Shown here piece after piece: positions 39,173-49,749 of a stretch of DNA of 64,000 nt. Each line of letters begins with the position of its first letter. Position 1 is the stretch's first letter. Under the pieces are notes generated by a model. The model was not told the origin of the DNA and did not search any database. It worked only from the letters and a program-made list of their open reading frames with translations. Made by a program: the position numbers and the translations under genes. The stretch comes from Gammaproteobacteria bacterium (lineage in GTDB: Bacteria > Pseudomonadota > Gammaproteobacteria > Burkholderiales > Burkholderiaceae_C): the NCBI GenBank assembly GCA_018828125.1, contig JAHJWB010000003.1, positions 275,034 through 339,033 on the forward strand, written 5' to 3'.

Positions 39173-39389
39173 TTCGACTTATGTAGGTTTACCGTGACTG
39201 TTGCTTGGTGGTGGGCACGCCGTCTGCAGCCCCACCGAACGAGACCTTGTTTGCTCGTTGGTGATTGCTTGTCGCGGCTATTTCTTCAATGCCAACTGTT
39301 GCTGCGCCGCAGGCGGCGCCTTCCTTGCAGAGTGCAGTCTCCCGCGGAAGGCCAGCAAGCGCCATGCGCTCACCGGGCCATGGCAAAAC

Positions 39390-41178
39390 TTATTCGTTTT
39401 CTTCAAACACCAGAGAGGGGGTAGACATGACCCGTGCTGTTTGTCCCAGGTCTTCGATCAAGCGATTGGCAAAGTAGCTGTTCTGTGTGTCTGGTTCCAG
39501 CGCGGCGACGGCCAAGTTGGCGCGCGGCTGGTTCAGCGGCACATAAAAACTACCTGCGGGAACGTCGATGGCGCTGCGGACCGGCGACACCTGTACACGC
39601 ACAATATCTGAACTCCCGGCAATCGTGCCGATCACGTCTTGCCGGTCGCCCGATTCGCGTGCAGTCTCGCGGTAGGTGTCAGCGAGTACCGAGCCAGACT
39701 CTGCGATGCGCAGCACCTGCAGTCCGAGCAGCCTGAGGCGTTCGACCACGTCCGTGGAACTTGCCGCCAACCAGTAGCCGCAGGGGCGCGCGCGCGTTTT
39801 CGTGGGTCTTAGGGTCAAGGATGAATTCCATTCCACACGAATGGGCTTGTCCGCTCCAGTTTCGGGGTCTAGAAAGTCCAGATCGCGTTGGGTGGGCGTG
39901 GCTGCAGCTTCGACCACCACTTGATCGCGACACGCCTGAGCGCTGATGTCGCGCACCACGAAGGACCGCACCTGCTCCAAGTTGGCCGCCCGGTCCGCCG
40001 TGCTGCGCAGTGCGCTGGTGATGGCTGTGACCTGCGCATGCACGCGCCGCTGAATGTGCATGCGACCGATGCCTACACCCCGCGTTTCGATCAGAAGGCT
40101 CACGGTGTTTTTGAGGCCGTTGACATTGCGCCCGGTGTCGGGTTGCGTACCACCCATCGAAATACGTTTGTCATCCGGGTTGGTCGACGTGGTGTAGTAC
40201 CAGTCGCTGGTGAGACCCTGGCCCTTGAGCGCTGCCACCATGGGTTGGTGGTACCACTCCTGGGAGGCCTTGGTCAGAAACTCTGGGTAGTTGGCGGTGG
40301 TGGTGTACTGCAGCAACGCGTCATAACGCTGAATAGCGTTGAATTTCTGCAGGTAACGGCCCACCACGGTGTATTCATGGGCGTCGACGACCAGGATGGG
40401 GCGGTAGTCGTTGACCACCTGGGCCAAGGCCCGGGCTTCGGGGGTGTTCAGCAGCAGATGATCGCGGTTCATATCCACGCCATTGGCGGTGACTCGCGTG
40501 TTGGCTGCCGCACCATCCGGGTTGGCGCGGGGCACCACGACGACATTGATCCGGTCGAGTAGTGGCTCCAGCAGACCTTGCGTGAGCTCACGACTGACCA
40601 CCAGCAGCGCCTCACCGCCTGCCGGTTCATTGCCATGCTGTTGGCCTATCAGCACCACGGTCGGACGACCGCTGGATTCCAGTGTTGCAGGGTCGGTGTT
40701 CGTCGCGCGTGTGGCTACGACACCGAGAATAGGTTCGCCGCGTTGCGACATCCCCAGATTGAGCAACTTGGTACGCGTGGGGCCGGAGGGAGTGGAGGCG
40801 GTCAGTGAGCGCAGCCATTGGCCCAACTCGGCATTGGTAGTGAAGGCCCGGCGGTCTTGCCCCAGACCCGGTGTGCTATAGGCCATCGAAGGATCTGGGA
40901 ACCGTGCTGCCACCGCTGCGCCGTAGGGGGGCGCCATCGGCCCTTCGTTTTGCACCAACAATGGCGCTGGAGGGGGCAGGGGGCTGGCTACAACTGCAGG
41001 CTGCTGCGGCTGCTGGCCGAGGGGTGTTGGTACCACCGTACCCTGCTGCACGCGTGGCACCGGCGCTGGGGCCGTTGGCCGCTGGGTGGTTGGTGAGGAT
41101 GGCCAGGGCGGGAGTGGGGTGCTCGAACAAGCTGTCAGCAGCACCGCTATCAGGACCGCGGTTGCTTTCCAGGGCATG
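39390..41178 (-). CDS. M14 family zinc carboxypeptidase-like lipoprotein
   Basis: Lipobox LLTAC, Pro-rich linker, QHGNEP, NPDG, DMNRDH, DAHE; start could be at 41255. Confidence 0.85.
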
Positions 41179-41418
41179 GGCCGTGATGGCGTGCGTGTTG
41201 CAGCCGAGGCTGGGAAGTCTGAAGGCCTGCGGCCAATAATGGTTTGCATGGTCATGGTAGTTTCTGCCGATGGATGCCACGCGGGGCGGCGTTTGTTACG
41301 GGGATGTTACCTGCGTGAGCCCCTTTCGCCGTGTCAGCGTACATCCCGTTGCAAACAGGCAGTTGACAGACTTTGTGCTCGCTTTCCGAGCTGTTTGGAC
41401 CGAGGGAAGGGGCCTGGG

Positions 41419-42474
41419 TTACAACGCACCCGGAACGGGCGTGGGCTGGGGCTGCATCTGTAGGCGCAGCAATGCGCGGACGAACCCGTGGTCCGAGCGC
41501 GTGCGGTCGCGACCTTCGTGCAGGTGGTCGTTGAAATAGTCCACTCGGCGCACATCGCCCACGCTGTTGCGCCCTTGGGGCAAAAACTCTTCACTCACCA
41601 GGATCTGATCCAGCACGTAGGGCGCGCCCTGGTGAATGTGGGAGTAAGCCACGTCTTTCTTCAGCGCCATTTCGCCCTGAAGGTCGTAAGCGTTGAACAG
41701 CGCCACGTCGCGGGCTGAGCGGTCGTACGCGATCTCCGTGGTTGCACAGATGAGCTGTGTGGTGACACTGTCAGGCGTGTCGTTGAAGTCCCCCATCACC
41801 ACCAGCGGCACGCTGGTGCGCTCCAGCAAGTCGATCACCAGATAGCGCAAGGCCATAGCCTCGGCGCCACGCATCACCAGCGAACGCAGCGATGCAAGGG
41901 CTGCTACCTTGCGATCATCCTTGTCCTCCAGCGGTTGGCCTTGGGCGTCTTGCAAAAACTTTGGGCGTTTGGATTTGAGGTGGGCGGTGAGCACGTTCAC
42001 TGGCTGACCGTGCTTCATGCGCAGTGTGGCCACCATGGGTGGACGTTCGAAGCGCGTGTGCATCCCCAGACCTGGGACTTCTACCTGAAAGGAGGGCGGA
42101 AAGTCGACAAACGACTGCACGGCCTCTACTTTGAGCCGTGTGGCCAAGCCTACGCGCGGAGTGCCTTGGGCGCCGCGGTGTGTGGCATCGTTTTCGGCAC
42201 CTGGCACGGATACGAAGTCATACCGAAGACCACCTCGTGAGAGTGCCTCCTTGAAGGCCGCCTCATCCCACACCTCCTGCACGGCCAGGACATCGGCGTT
42301 CAGCATCCGAAACCGGCTACCGAGCCACTCCACCTTGCGCTCGTATTCCGCGCGGGTGTATGCATCCTGGTTGGGATAGAACATGCGCCCCGGGTTGGCC
42401 AGGTTCAGGACGTTACAGGTGGCCATCATCAAGGTGGCCAGTGGCAGACGGGTGTCAGAAGGGTTGGGGCGCAT
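41419..42474 (-). CDS. Endonuclease/exonuclease/phosphatase family protein
   Basis: TCNVLNL, VQEV, HLKSK, GDFND, LDQI, SDHG. Confidence 0.88.
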   Translation of the reverse strand: MRPNPSDTRLPLATLMMATCNVLNLANPGRMFYPNQDAYTRAEYERKVEWLGSRFRMLNADVLAVQEVWDEAAFKEALSRGGLRYDFVSVPGAENDATHRGAQGTPRVGLATRLKVEAVQSFVDFPPSFQVEVPGLGMHTRFERPPMVATLRMKHGQPVNVLTAHLKSKRPKFLQDAQGQPLEDKDDRKVAALASLRSLVMRGAEAMALRYLVIDLLERTSVPLVVMGDFNDTPDSVTTQLICATTEIAYDRSARDVALFNAYDLQGEMALKKDVAYSHIHQGAPYVLDQILVSEEFLPQGRNSVGDVRRVDYFNDHLHEGRDRTRSDHGFVRALLRLQMQPQPTPVPGAL

Positions 42475-42587
42475 GGGATGGGCGAAGAGCCACGGTGCGG
42501 GCAGTGGCGGAAGAAAGGGCCATCCTAGCGGCTTTGTGTTGGATGCCGTGTGACCCCGCAATCAAGCCCTTTGAGGTGTGACGACGG

Positions 42588-43337
42588 TTACGCCTTCAGC
42601 GCGTCACCCTTCAGTATCTGAACCTTGGGCGTCCCCTGCGTCTGTCCGGCCAGTACGGCTCGCACCAGAGCCCGCGCCACGTCTGCGCCCGGTCTGGCAC
42701 GGTAGTTCGCCGGGATCACGGGGGCTAGCCACTGAAACGCCTTGATGGACAGCGACTCGGCCGGGCGCGCCGGTTGGCCCAGGGTGTGGCGTTCACCCAG
42801 AAGCAGTGAGGGACGCGCAATCACCAGCGTGGCAAAGCCCATTTCTTGAAGCGCCTTCTCGACTTCGCCCTTGACGCGGTTATAGAAGATTTGGGAATGG
42901 GCGTTGGCGCCCATGGCGGTGACCACGCCGCAGCGGGTAGCGCCAGCGGCACGCGCTGCTCGCGCCGTGGTCAGAACGGCATCGTGGTCCACGGCCCGAA
43001 ACGCTTGCTGACTGCCCGCGACTGCGATGGTGGTGCCGAGCGTAATGATCACGTCGTCCACACGGGGCAGGGCGGGAATGTGGGGATTCGCAGCCAAGGC
43101 TGCGAAATCCACGGCATGCAGATGCAGCCGTGGGTGTGTGATGATCGGCACACGCCGACCCTGGACATGCAATGCATGCACCTCGGGAGGTAGCGCCACT
43201 TCGGGCGCCATCTTTGCTGACGTTGGATTGGCTGTCGCTTTTGTTGCTGACGAATCAGCGGCCAAAAGAGCCGCGAGAACCGCCTGGCCCACGAGGCCCG
43301 TTGCCCCGGCCACCAGAACCACCCGTGCCTCCGCCAT
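42588..43337 (-). CDS. NAD(P)-binding Rossmann protein (YraR/TIP30-like atypical SDR)
   Basis: [41 protein letters not shown]. Confidence 0.85.
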   Translation of the reverse strand: MAEARVVLVAGATGLVGQAVLAALLAADSSATKATANPTSAKMAPEVALPPEVHALHVQGRRVPIITHPRLHLHAVDFAALAANPHIPALPRVDDVIITLGTTIAVAGSQQAFRAVDHDAVLTTARAARAAGATRCGVVTAMGANAHSQIFYNRVKGEVEKALQEMGFATLVIARPSLLLGERHTLGQPARPAESLSIKAFQWLAPVIPANYRARPGADVARALVRAVLAGQTQGTPKVQILKGDALKA

Positions 43338-45069
43338 AGCCACCACCTCCCGAGTTGCCGCGATAACCGCCACCGCCACGGCGACCACCGCCGCTCATGC
43401 TGTCAACGCTGGTGCGCATCGGATCTGGTTGGCCGCCAGCTGCATGGCCGGAAGCGCGGTTACCAGGGTTGCTGTGACCCGATTGTGTGCCCAGATGGGC
43501 GTTCATGCGAGGCGGCTGGGAGTCGTCATAGCGATTGCCGCCACCTCCACCGTCATAACCGCCGCCACCGCCGCCGGAACGGCCGCGTGCAGGCGCTTGA
43601 CCACCCGAGCGTGTGCCGACGCCCTGACCACCGGCACGGCCGCCACGCGGGCCATTGCCGCCGCCACCGCCAGCGCTTGCTCCACCACCGGCACGTCCGC
43701 CACGGGCGCTGCCGCCACCGCCATTGCCGCCGCCTGCACGGGGGGCGCGTTCACCGCCGCCACCACCGCTAGCCCCTTGGCCGGCTTTGTTGGTGCGGAT
43801 ACGGTCCATCATTTCGCTGCGGGCGGCCTTGGCGGCGGCCTGCATTACGTCACGGCTTGGAGGCTTGCCGGCGCCGCCCCAGATGGTCTGGCGGCCCATT
43901 GCGATGGGCTCGGCCTTCTCACCGGCTTCGGGGCCGAATCCTTCGATGATCTGGACCGGAATCTGCTGCTTGGTGAAGCGCTCGATGTCCATCATGAAGC
44001 CTTCTTCGTCCATGCAGACCAGGCTCACCGCTTCACCCGTCGCACCAGCACGGCCCGTGCGGCCAATGCGGTGCACATAGTCTTCTGAGACGTTGGGGAT
44101 TTCATAGTTGACGACATGTGGAAGGTCGTCAATATCGATACCGCGCGCTGCGATGTCGGTGGCCACGAGGGCGCGAATGTCGCCACTCTTGAAGCCCGCC
44201 AGCGCTTGTGTGCGGGCGCTTTGGCTCTTGTTGCCATGCAGCGCCATGGCTTGCACGCCATTCTTGGTCAGAAATTCGGCCACATTGTTGGCGCCGAACT
44301 TGGTGCGTGTGAACACCAGCACTTGGCTCCAGTTGTGTTGCTGGATGATGTGCAGCAACACCTGCTTCTTCTTGCCACGGCCCACGGGGTGAATCACCTG
44401 GGTGATGCGCTGCACGGTGGTGTTGCTGGGTGTCACCTGAATGCTCTGTGGGTTTTTGAGCAGCGTGTTGGCCAAGTCGCGGATTTCGTCGCTAAAGGTG
44501 GCCGAGAAAAGCAGGCTCTGCTTTTCGCGCGGCACCAGGGCCAACACCTTCTTCACGTCGTGGATGAAACCCATGTCCAACATGCGGTCGGCTTCGTCGA
44601 GCACGAGCACCTGCACGGTGGACAGGTCCAGGAAACCTTGCTGCTGCAGGTCCAACAGGCGGCCGGGGGTGGCCACCAGAATGTCCACGCCGCGCTTGAC
44701 GCGATCAATCTGTGGGTTCATGCCAACACCGCCGAACACGACAGTGGAGTTGATGTCGAGGTACTTGCCGTATTCGCGTACGGATTCTTCTACCTGAGCG
44801 GCCAGCTCACGGGTGGGAGTCAGCACCAGCGCGCGGATGCCCTTGCCGCCAAACTTGTTCTTGGGAGCAGCGCTTTGCGACAGGCGGTGCAGCATGGGCA
44901 GGGTGAATGCGGCGGTCTTGCCGGTCCCGGTCTGCGCGCCAGCCAGCAGGTCATGGCCTGCCAGCACGGCGGGAATGGCTTGTGCCTGAATGGGTGTAGG
45001 TGTTTCGTAGCCCGTTTCGTGCACGGCCTTCAGGATGGCAGGAGCCAGATTCAGTTCGTCAAATGTCAT
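43255..45069 (-). CDS. rhlE: DEAD-box RNA helicase with a long Gly/Arg-rich tail
   Basis: Q motif [40 protein letters not shown]. Confidence 0.93.
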   Translation of the reverse strand: MTFDELNLAPAILKAVHETGYETPTPIQAQAIPAVLAGHDLLAGAQTGTGKTAAFTLPMLHRLSQSAAPKNKFGGKGIRALVLTPTRELAAQVEESVREYGKYLDINSTVVFGGVGMNPQIDRVKRGVDILVATPGRLLDLQQQGFLDLSTVQVLVLDEADRMLDMGFIHDVKKVLALVPREKQSLLFSATFSDEIRDLANTLLKNPQSIQVTPSNTTVQRITQVIHPVGRGKKKQVLLHIIQQHNWSQVLVFTRTKFGANNVAEFLTKNGVQAMALHGNKSQSARTQALAGFKSGDIRALVATDIAARGIDIDDLPHVVNYEIPNVSEDYVHRIGRTGRAGATGEAVSLVCMDEEGFMMDIERFTKQQIPVQIIEGFGPEAGEKAEPIAMGRQTIWGGAGKPPSRDVMQAAAKAARSEMMDRIRTNKAGQGASGGGGGERAPRAGGGNGGGGSARGGRAGGGASAGGGGGNGPRGGRAGGQGVGTRSGGQAPARGRSGGGGGGYDGGGGGNRYDDSQPPRMNAHLGTQSGHSNPGNRASGHAAGGQPDPMRTSVDSMSGGGRRGGGGYRGNSGGGGYGGGTGGSGGRGNGPRGPGGSRGSFGR

Positions 45070-45318
45070 GTCGTTGGATGCGTCCGTCCGGGACGCTGGG
45101 TATCGGCCTGTCGTAGCAACCGGTAGGTTGCCGAGCCAGTCTAAGGCTGATGAGGTTCAAAGGTGGGAGCCCGGAATTTGCTTCCTTCGTCCCCAGCAGT
45201 GTGCTGATGTGACGGGCAACTGGAGCCCGCAACGAGGGATATTGTCGCATGGCCCGATAATCACGGTTTGCGCGCAGAATTTCTTCTGCCCACTTTCGCA
45301 GGTTTAAGACACAAGCAA

Positions 45319-46980
45319 ATGGCTCAATACGTATTTTCCATGAACCGCGTCGGCAAGATCGTGCCGCCCAAGCGCCAGATTCTTAAAGACATTTCCCTGA
45401 GTTTCTTCCCCGGCGCCAAGATCGGCGTGCTGGGCACGAACGGCTCCGGCAAGTCCACCTTGCTCAAGATCATGGCCGGCGTGGACAAGGAAATTGAAGG
45501 CGAAGCGATCCCGATGGCAGGCCTGAACATCGGGTACCTGCCCCAGGAACCCCAACTCGACCCTGAACAGACCGTACGGGAAAGCGTGGAAGCAGCCATG
45601 GGTCGCGTTTTCACCGCCAAGGCCCGCCTGGAAGAGGTGTACACCGCCTACGGTGCGGAAGATGCCGATTTTGACGCCCTGGCAGCGGAGCAGGCCGAGC
45701 TGGAAGCCATCATTGCAACCGCCGGCACTGACTCTGAGCACCAGCTCGAAATCGCGGCCGATGCCCTGCGCCTGCCGCCGTGGGATGCCAAGGTGGGTTT
45801 GTTGTCTGGCGGTGAAAAGCGCCGTGTGGCTCTGTGCCGCCTGCTGTTGTCCAAGCCCGACATGTTGCTGCTTGACGAACCCACCAACCACTTGGACGCC
45901 GAATCCGTGGACTGGCTGGAGCAATTTTTGCAGCGCTACTCGGGCACTGTGGTGGCCATTACCCATGACCGCTACTTCCTCGATAACGCCGCAGAGTGGA
46001 TTTTGGAGCTGGACCGTGGCTCCGGTATCCCCTACAAGGGCAACTACAGCGACTGGCTGACCCAGAAGCAGGCCCGCCTGGAGCAAGAGCAAAAGGGTGA
46101 GGAGTCGCGCGCCAAAGCCCTGAAGAAGGAGCTCGAATGGTCGCGCCAAAACCCCAAAGCTCGCCAGGCCAAGAGCAAGGCCCGTCTGGCCCGCTTCGAG
46201 GAGCTGTCGGACTTCGAGTACCAAAAACGCAACGAAACTAACGAAATTTTCATTCCCGTGGCCGACCGCCTGGGTCATGAAGTGATTGAGTTCGAAAACG
46301 TCACCAAGTCCTTTGGCGACCGCGTGCTTATCGACAACTTGAGCTTCAAGGTGCCCGCAGGCGCCATCGTCGGCATCATCGGCCCCAACGGTGCCGGTAA
46401 ATCCACCCTGTTCCGCATGATCGCCGGCAAACAGGCGCCCGACAGCGGCACTGTCAAGATCGGCTCGACCGTAAAGATGGCGTTTGTGGACCAGACCCGT
46501 GACGATCTCTCGGACGAAAAGACTGTTTGGGAAGACGTCTCTGGCGGCCTCGATATTCTCAACGTCGGCAAGTTCCAAATGGCCAGTCGCGCTTATTGCG
46601 GCCGTTTCAACTTCAATGGTGGGGACCAGCAAAAGAAGGTCGGCATGCTGTCGGGGGGGGAGCGTGGGCGTCTGCACTTGGCTAAAACCCTGATTGCGGG
46701 CGGCAACGTCCTGATGCTTGATGAGCCATCCAACGATCTGGATGTGGAAACCTTGCGTGCGCTCGAAGATGCGCTGCTCGAATTCGCTGGCTCCATCATG
46801 GTCATCAGCCATGATCGCTGGTTCCTGGATCGCATCGCCACGCATATCCTGGCCTGCGAAGGCGACAGCCAATGGACGTTTTTCGACGGTAACTACCAGG
46901 AATACGAAGCGGACAAGAAAAAGCGTCTGGGTGAAGAGGGCGCTAAACCCAAGCGGATGCGTTTCAAGGCACTCAAATAA
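45319..46980 (+). CDS. ettA: Energy-dependent translational throttle ABC-F ATPase
   Basis: MAQYVFSMNRV, two ABC cassettes (GSGKST/LSGGE/LDEPTN and GAGKST/LSGGE/LDEPSN), RQAKSKARL linker. Confidence 0.96.
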   Translation: MAQYVFSMNRVGKIVPPKRQILKDISLSFFPGAKIGVLGTNGSGKSTLLKIMAGVDKEIEGEAIPMAGLNIGYLPQEPQLDPEQTVRESVEAAMGRVFTAKARLEEVYTAYGAEDADFDALAAEQAELEAIIATAGTDSEHQLEIAADALRLPPWDAKVGLLSGGEKRRVALCRLLLSKPDMLLLDEPTNHLDAESVDWLEQFLQRYSGTVVAITHDRYFLDNAAEWILELDRGSGIPYKGNYSDWLTQKQARLEQEQKGEESRAKALKKELEWSRQNPKARQAKSKARLARFEELSDFEYQKRNETNEIFIPVADRLGHEVIEFENVTKSFGDRVLIDNLSFKVPAGAIVGIIGPNGAGKSTLFRMIAGKQAPDSGTVKIGSTVKMAFVDQTRDDLSDEKTVWEDVSGGLDILNVGKFQMASRAYCGRFNFNGGDQQKKVGMLSGGERGRLHLAKTLIAGGNVLMLDEPSNDLDVETLRALEDALLEFAGSIMVISHDRWFLDRIATHILACEGDSQWTFFDGNYQEYEADKKKRLGEEGAKPKRMRFKALK

Positions 46981-47033
46981 GGCGCTAGGTCAAGTAGCAT
47001 TGCAGCTGGAATTTTTTTCCGTCTTATCCCACC

Positions 47034-49625
47034 ATGTCCCAGACAGCGTCCAGTCCGAAAGCCGTTTTCCGCGCATGTGTTGTCAACGCCGTGCGTGGGG
47101 GCGAGGCGCTGATGGGGCAACTGGTCAAGGTCACGCAAGGGGCTCTGACGGAGGAAGAGTCCAGCAATCGCAATATCCAGCAACGCAACCTGATCAGCGA
47201 CAGCTTGCGTTTTCTTAACCAGCACGAGGCGGCGCTGGTCAAGGGCTACCCCATGGCACTGCTGGAGATCTTTGCGGAGGGGCCCGCTGCGTCCAAAGGG
47301 CGGACGGCTGATGACACCGGGATGGATTTTGGCGAACTCTCCCTCATGGATGAGAGCGAGATGCAGGCCCAGGTGGAGCTTTCCAAAGCCCAGCAGTCAG
47401 CCTTGCATGCCACCGATGCGGTGTTGGCAGAACTCAACACGCTGGTGAGTGCCGCCCAGGGCTTGCGCAGTGTGCAACCCGAGCGCAATCCCTTGCGCCC
47501 CGAAAGTTACATCCGCGCATTGCAGCAGGTTGTGGGCGAAACCGGTGTGTCGCCCGAGGTGCGCCAGCTATGGATGCAGCACATGCGCGATCTGCTGGGC
47601 AAGCTGTTGGTCGAGGAGTACAAAAAAACCGCTGCCAGCTTGCGTGAACATGGCATTCAGCCTGTGGGATACGCCGTGCTGGGCACCCCTGCGGGGGCGA
47701 GTGGCGGCGGGCGTGGCGGGCAAGGCACTGGATACGGCGGCACGGGATACGGCGGAGGCTATGGTGGCCCCAGCGGCCCAGGCACTGGTTATGGAGGCGG
47801 TTACTCCGGCTACGGCCCATCGATGAACACGCCGATGGGCGACTATGGCAATACCGGCTATGGGCGCAGCGGGATGGGCCCTGGAACCGGTTGGCATGGA
47901 GATTCCCAACAGGGTGCTATCGCTCCCGCTGCGGAGGAAGCCTTGCTCACCGTCGGTATCCTGCGCCAGATGTTGGCCGGAGGGGATCCGTTTGATCCAA
48001 GGGCCTATGGCGCAATGCCGGCCGGGGTCATGCCTGTGCAATACGCGGCAGTGCCAGTTGGCGCCGCGCAGCCCGGCGTGGACCCTCGGGCTGGTGCGGC
48101 CAGTGCCCAGTCGGGGCTTGGCAGTGGATATTATCCTGGCGGTGCGGCTGCAGAAGCCATCGAAGACATGGCGCAGCTGGAGCGACTGGTAGGGCGGCTT
48201 GCCAGTGGCGGCACAGTCAGCCAGCCGGGATCCTTGCCCGTGCCGTTGTCGGGCAGGCGCGGCCTCCCGGGCATGGCCCCCGTCGTGTATGCGACCATGC
48301 CGATGGAGACGGCTGCCCAATCTACGGCCATGGCGATGGAAGTCGTGGGCCGCATGATGTTCAATATTGCCCAGGACGGGCGTCTGCTTCCTCCTGTGCA
48401 AAAGGCCGTTAAGAGCTTGGAGCCCGCGCTCAAGCAACTGGTGCAGCACGACGGCCGGTTTTTTACCGATGGCGCCCACCCTGCCAGGCGCCTGCTGGAT
48501 GAACTGACCCAGCGCAGTCTTGCCTTTACGGCAGAGACAGCGCCAGGCTTCAGCGGTTTCATGCGGCTGGTCACGGGGGCTGTGGACCATCTCGCCGCCA
48601 ACGAGATCAAGGACGCTGGCCCTTTTGATACCGTGCTCAAGGCCCTGCAGTCCGCCTGGGACACGCAGGAGCAAAAGCTGAAGGCCCACCAAGAGGCACA
48701 GCAAAAAGCCCTTTTGCAGGCAGAACAACGCGAGATGTTGGCTGAAAAAATCGCTGCTGACATCCGCAAGCTGCCTGACGTGGGCAAGGTGCCGGCCGAT
48801 ATCCTGGATTTTGCTGCCGGTCCCTGGGCGGATGTGGTGGCTTTGGCCCAGGTGATGAAAGCACCTGATTCGACTGACGACGACCCTGGCGGTTTTCTGG
48901 CGCTGGTGCCGGTGTTGTTATGGAGTTCCCAGCCCGACTTGACCCGGCAGGAGCCTGAGCGCCTCAACGAGTCGATTCCAGGCCTGCTGGCCAAGCTGCG
49001 CAAGGGCTTGAAGACGGTCAATTACCCCGCGACGCAAACCAGCGCTCTGCTGCAGAGGTTGGTGGGCTTGCACCAGGCGGCTTTTGAAAAGCCCGCCCCC
49101 GCACCAGGGGTTGGCGTGGCGCCCGACCCAGAGCCCGCCGCAGTGGTTGTTCCCGAGCCGGTGGCGGTCGACGAAAGTGCTCAGTCGGTTGCAGCAGTGC
49201 CTGAAGAAGTTGCCCCGACCCCCGCAGAGGTTGCGCCAGATCCCTACGCTGATTTTGTGATTGGCGCGTGGGTGGAACTGGTGACGAGCGGGCGCGTCGT
49301 GCGTACCCAGCTGACGTGGGCCAGCCCGCATGGCACGTTGTTTTTGTTCACCGCGCCCGATGCTAGTACCCAGTCCATGACTCGTCGCATGCGTGACAAA
49401 CTCGCCGCTGAAGGTGCTTTGCGTGTGGTTCCGGCTGCCAAACCGGTGGTGGCGCGTACGCTGGATGTGGTGACCGCAGTGCCGGGTCGCAAAAACCAAG
49501 AGGGCAAGTCCCCCGGCGCTAAACCGTCAAGTTCCAAGATGGCGCCCTTGTCCCGCTCAGCGCCACTGTCGAAGTCAGCACCGCTGACATCGCCATCAGC
49601 CTCCAAGATATCCAAAAACCGCTGA
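47034..49625 (+). CDS. DUF1631 family protein with a Gly/Tyr-rich insert
   Basis: NPLRPE, HPARRLLDELT, LLWS, GAWVEL...QLTWASPHGTLFLFT patterns; family call from memory. Confidence 0.7.
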   Translation: MSQTASSPKAVFRACVVNAVRGGEALMGQLVKVTQGALTEEESSNRNIQQRNLISDSLRFLNQHEAALVKGYPMALLEIFAEGPAASKGRTADDTGMDFGELSLMDESEMQAQVELSKAQQSALHATDAVLAELNTLVSAAQGLRSVQPERNPLRPESYIRALQQVVGETGVSPEVRQLWMQHMRDLLGKLLVEEYKKTAASLREHGIQPVGYAVLGTPAGASGGGRGGQGTGYGGTGYGGGYGGPSGPGTGYGGGYSGYGPSMNTPMGDYGNTGYGRSGMGPGTGWHGDSQQGAIAPAAEEALLTVGILRQMLAGGDPFDPRAYGAMPAGVMPVQYAAVPVGAAQPGVDPRAGAASAQSGLGSGYYPGGAAAEAIEDMAQLERLVGRLASGGTVSQPGSLPVPLSGRRGLPGMAPVVYATMPMETAAQSTAMAMEVVGRMMFNIAQDGRLLPPVQKAVKSLEPALKQLVQHDGRFFTDGAHPARRLLDELTQRSLAFTAETAPGFSGFMRLVTGAVDHLAANEIKDAGPFDTVLKALQSAWDTQEQKLKAHQEAQQKALLQAEQREMLAEKIAADIRKLPDVGKVPADILDFAAGPWADVVALAQVMKAPDSTDDDPGGFLALVPVLLWSSQPDLTRQEPERLNESIPGLLAKLRKGLKTVNYPATQTSALLQRLVGLHQAAFEKPAPAPGVGVAPDPEPAAVVVPEPVAVDESAQSVAAVPEEVAPTPAEVAPDPYADFVIGAWVELVTSGRVVRTQLTWASPHGTLFLFTAPDASTQSMTRRMRDKLAAEGALRVVPAAKPVVARTLDVVTAVPGRKNQEGKSPGAKPSSSKMAPLSRSAPLSKSAPLTSPSASKISKNR

Positions 49626-49749
49626 CCTAAGCCCGTCCTGCCCATGGCAAATCGGGCGGTAGTCGGCTGGTGTTTTGGCCAGTTCATGGCCAAAGAATCT
49701 CTGACAGTTGTGTTGGTGGCCAGGGCGATCGGCTGTGCACGCGTCAGGT

